From assembly GCA_012837765.1 (NCBI GenBank), contig DUQO01000035.1, positions 1 to 52,844 on the forward strand: 52,844 nucleotides of DNA, given 5' to 3'. Positions 49,906-52,844 of the stretch are shown here, in pieces. Every line of letters begins with the position of its first letter. Positions within the stretch are counted from its first letter, which is position 1. The translations under genes were made by a program, and so were the position numbers. Source of the stretch: Mollicutes bacterium. GTDB lineage: Bacteria; Bacillota_I; Bacilli_A; RF39; UBA660. Below the pieces are notes generated by a model that saw only the letters and a list, made by a program, of their open reading frames with translations, had not been told where the DNA came from and searched no databases.

Positions 49906-51045
49906 ATGAAAAATATATCAAGGTATAAAATAGAATATGGCATAATAATTCCTCTTATCCTTCTTGCGATAATAAGTGTAATAACAATCTATGGTGCTAC
50001 TGATATAATTCAAAGCAATGTATCTAATGCTTTTATAAAACAAACACTTTGGTATGTTTTAGGGTTTGGAGTTGCCTTTATTATTATGTTCATTGGAACT
50101 GATTATTTATTAAAGTATGCTTGGATATTTTATGTTATTGGAGTTGTTAGCTTGCTGTTATTGCTATTTATAGGAGTACCTATAAATAATGCAAGATGTT
50201 GGTTTACAATAGGAGATATTGCAACTATTCAGCCAAGTGAATTTATGAAAATAATTTTAATACTAATTCTAGCTAGAGTAATAAACGATTTTAATGAGCG
50301 TAATTCTAATCCTACAATAAAGGATGAATTACAATTGTTGGTAAAAGTTTTTATAATTGTTTTCATTCCATCAATTTTAACTTTCCTTCAACCTGACACA
50401 GGTGCTGTTATCATTTATCTTGCCATAACATTTTCAATGTTATTTGTATCTGGAATAAGATTTAGATGGTTTGCTATTATAATAGGTTTGATTCTCGTTT
50501 TAGGTTTAATTGGTTTAGGATTATATTTATTTAAAAGTGATTTATTTGTTAAGATTTTTGGCACTAATTTTTTCTACCGTATAGATCGTCTTTTAGATTG
50601 GCAAGCTAAAGATGGGATGCAACTTAGTAATGCCCTAACTGCTATAGGAAGCGCTGGCTTGTTTGGATTTGGACTTGGCAACACACCAATTTACTTTCCA
50701 GAAGCACATACTGATTTCATCTTTTCTGTTTTTGCAAGTAATTTTGGCTTGATCGGTTCAATAGTATTAGTTGCATTATTAATATTCTTTGATTTAAAAA
50801 TTATAAACATTGCCGTTAAAACAAAGAAAAACGTATATAAATATGTCATAGCAGGTATTATAGGTATGATTTTATACCAACAAATACAAAGTATTGGTAT
50901 GAATATAGGTTTATTACCTATCGTAGGTATTACACTTCCATTCATAAGTTATGGTGGATCTAGTTTGATAAGTTATATGATTATTGCTGGTATTATCTTT
51001 AATTTATCAAACCAAACAATAAGATATTGGAATGCTAAAAGATAA
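49906..51045 (+). CDS. SEDS family peptidoglycan polymerase (RodA/FtsW/SpoVE)
   Basis: IQPSEFMK, LQPDTG, PEAHTDFIFS, GITLPFISYGGSS. Confidence 0.93.
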   Translation: MKNISRYKIEYGIIIPLILLAIISVITIYGATDIIQSNVSNAFIKQTLWYVLGFGVAFIIMFIGTDYLLKYAWIFYVIGVVSLLLLLFIGVPINNARCWFTIGDIATIQPSEFMKIILILILARVINDFNERNSNPTIKDELQLLVKVFIIVFIPSILTFLQPDTGAVIIYLAITFSMLFVSGIRFRWFAIIIGLILVLGLIGLGLYLFKSDLFVKIFGTNFFYRIDRLLDWQAKDGMQLSNALTAIGSAGLFGFGLGNTPIYFPEAHTDFIFSVFASNFGLIGSIVLVALLIFFDLKIINIAVKTKKNVYKYVIAGIIGMILYQQIQSIGMNIGLLPIVGITLPFISYGGSSLISYMIIAGIIFNLSNQTIRYWNAKR

Positions 51046-51078
51046 AAAACAAGACCTTATTAACAAGGTCTTGTTTTT
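51045..51078. terminator. Bidirectional terminator
   Basis: AAAAACAAGACCTT...AAGGTCTTGTTTTT. Confidence 0.75.
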
Positions 51079-51116
51079 GATAAAATTAAGTATTTTGCAA
51101 ATATCTTCGATCCAAA

Positions 51117-51755
51117 TTAACTGGTTATTATTTCACCTAAATCTAATTCGTATATAACATCACATAATAAATCTATATCTTCTTTTATGTGAGTTGCAAT
51201 CAAAATAGTTTTTCCCTTTTGTTTTTCGGTTAGAAGTATACTTCTAATTTTTTCAACACTCTTATTATCAACTCCATTAAATGGTTCATCAAATATCATA
51301 ATATCTGGGTCCTCCATCAAAACACTAGCAATTGCTAATTTTTGCTTCATCCCAAGTGAATATTTTCCATACTTCTTATTCATTTGACCCTCTAAATCAC
51401 ATTTTTTTAGTGCCATTTTAATTTCTTCATCAGTAATTTTGTTTTGGATATCAGCTAATAATTTTAGATTTTCAAAACCTGTTAAATTTCCTATAAATGA
51501 AGGCTTATCAATAAATGCTCTCGTGTTACTTGGAAATATGTCCTTTTTATAGATATCTTCACTGTCGACAATAACGTTTCCTGTAGTCGGTTTAAGCAAT
51601 CCACATATACTTTTAAGAAGCATACTTTTACCACTTCCGTTTCTCCCTATGAAACCATATATTTTTCCAGCCTCAATCTTTAAATTTATATTTCTTAATA
51701 TAACATTGGATTTTATAGTTAAGTTTAAATCTTTAACCTCTATTTTATAATCCAT
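51117..51755 (-). CDS. ABC transporter ATP-binding protein
   Basis: GRNGSGKS, YSLGMKQK, DEPFNG. Confidence 0.93.
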   Translation of the reverse strand: MDYKIEVKDLNLTIKSNVILRNINLKIEAGKIYGFIGRNGSGKSMLLKSICGLLKPTTGNVIVDSEDIYKKDIFPSNTRAFIDKPSFIGNLTGFENLKLLADIQNKITDEEIKMALKKCDLEGQMNKKYGKYSLGMKQKLAIASVLMEDPDIMIFDEPFNGVDNKSVEKIRSILLTEKQKGKTILIATHIKEDIDLLCDVIYELDLGEIITS

Positions 51756-52506
51756 ACATCTTCTCCTTTCTAAAAAGATTCACTATTTTTTTGTGACATA
51801 TCCTATATGTTAGTGGTAAAACCAACATTAAAATTATGACTATATAAATATTAAAATTATTCCAGCTAGGAAATAAAAAGTATAAATGCTTAATTTTAAA
51901 TGTCACAATAGATAAGTATAATCCTAGAATAACAAAATATGAAAATATGTTCATGTAACCAAACAAAGCAATTACTATAAACTGCAGTATTATTTTATAT
52001 ATTATATTAATAAACAATAATTCAAAATTAAAATAATTTACATTCAACACATAAAGAGTTATAAATAAAGTAACATACAGTATGAAAGTCATTAAAATGC
52101 TAATTATTGTAATAGATATAAGTTTTTGAAGTATATACTTCTTTTTGCTCATTCTCAAAAACAATTGTTCAGGTGCGGACGTTATATCTGAAAAATAAAT
52201 TGAAACAGCAGTATATATGTATAACGATATCATTAAGCACATGTATATAATTTCAATAATATCATTTATATTATAAGTTAATCCTAAAGATCTTTCGAAA
52301 AATAATTGTTCAGTATAAACAAACGAGGTTATATGAATTATATTGTCTTGTTTTAAAACATTTGAGTCATTGATGTTGTTCGTTGCATTAGTAAAATTAT
52401 TGTAATTAAATATTGTTTTTAATACTAATAATAGAATTATAAAAATTATAATTTTATAATTTTTCTTAACAAACAATAATAAATCCCTATATATCATTGA
52501 TTTCAT
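51745..52506 (-). CDS. Putative ABC permease / membrane protein
   Basis: Multi-TM; overlaps the ATPase start. Confidence 0.7.
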   Translation of the reverse strand: MKSMIYRDLLLFVKKNYKIIIFIILLLVLKTIFNYNNFTNATNNINDSNVLKQDNIIHITSFVYTEQLFFERSLGLTYNINDIIEIIYMCLMISLYIYTAVSIYFSDITSAPEQLFLRMSKKKYILQKLISITIISILMTFILYVTLFITLYVLNVNYFNFELLFINIIYKIILQFIVIALFGYMNIFSYFVILGLYLSIVTFKIKHLYFLFPSWNNFNIYIVIILMLVLPLTYRICHKKIVNLFRKEKMYGL

Positions 52507-52844
52507 TTATCGGATTCTCCAATTCTGTTTAGTATATACAATAATCGATAATTTATATAATATAAATATGACAATTGGAGTTAAAAACAATATCCATAAA
52601 TTATTATAAGTATTCATATATGGAAATATTATATTAATATTAAATATCGTTGGGCTTACATATTGATATAATGCTATGAGAACAACAATAATGATACCTA
52701 TTTTATCATTAATGAGCTTTAATATAATGTAACTCATTAAAAACCATATTGTTATATTTATCAAAGTTAAATATAAATTTATAAATATGAATATAATATT
52801 TTCATTTATATTTCCGTCAATGATAAATACTAAATTGAAATTAG
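52507..52844 (-). CDS. Membrane protein (probable ABC permease), probably truncated by the window edge
   Basis: Hydrophobic ORF abutting the next gene. Confidence 0.6.
   Translation of the reverse strand, partial: NFNLVFIIDGNINENIIFIFINLYLTLINITIWFLMSYIILKLINDKIGIIIVVLIALYQYVSPTIFNINIIFPYMNTYNNLWILFLTPIVIFILYKLSIIVYTKQNWRIR

Noticed and set aside
1-52844. CRISPR array / rRNA
   Set aside because: No regularly spaced repeats or rRNA-like sequence seen by eye.
1-52844. Mycoplasma-type genetic code 4
   Set aside because: Several genes end cleanly at TGA (e.g. 4481) and conserved Trp residues use TGG.

Overview
Very AT-rich chromosomal window from a low-GC Bacillota (Bacilli) genome. It uses the standard code, with TGA as a stop. 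The gene content suggests a compact, endospore-forming lineage, possibly RF39-like (inference). Bases 1 to ~7.8 kb look like the end of an integrative/mobilizable element: a candidate oriT, an RHH protein plus MobL/MobP2-type relaxase, two HEPN-like cargo genes, a MacB/FtsX-type ABC exporter and a small secreted protein. The element ends near a tRNA-3'-end-like motif, and a second tRNA-like 3' remnant lies at ~11.0 kb. The rest is core chromosome: M18 aminopeptidase, PPase, helD, murE-asnB, trpS, clpP, rmuC, rnj and a streamlined rimP-nusA-ylxR-infB-rbfA-truB-rpsO-pnp cluster. Many sporulation/spore-coat genes are interspersed, including three small ones missing from the ORF track. Highlights: (1) a tandem HEPN-like gene pair beside the relaxase, a candidate defence/TA system; (2) an AsnB next to a meso-DAP MurE whose glutamine-binding residues are substituted; (3) an SDR gene split at an in-phase A_AAA_AAG slippery site; (4) a promoter- and terminator-bounded structured candidate ncRNA at the element boundary; (5) a Cys-less, membrane-anchored PTS-EIIB-like protein upstream of an orphan kinase; (6) a half-length RimP. 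No CRISPR array, rRNA or intact tRNA was seen.
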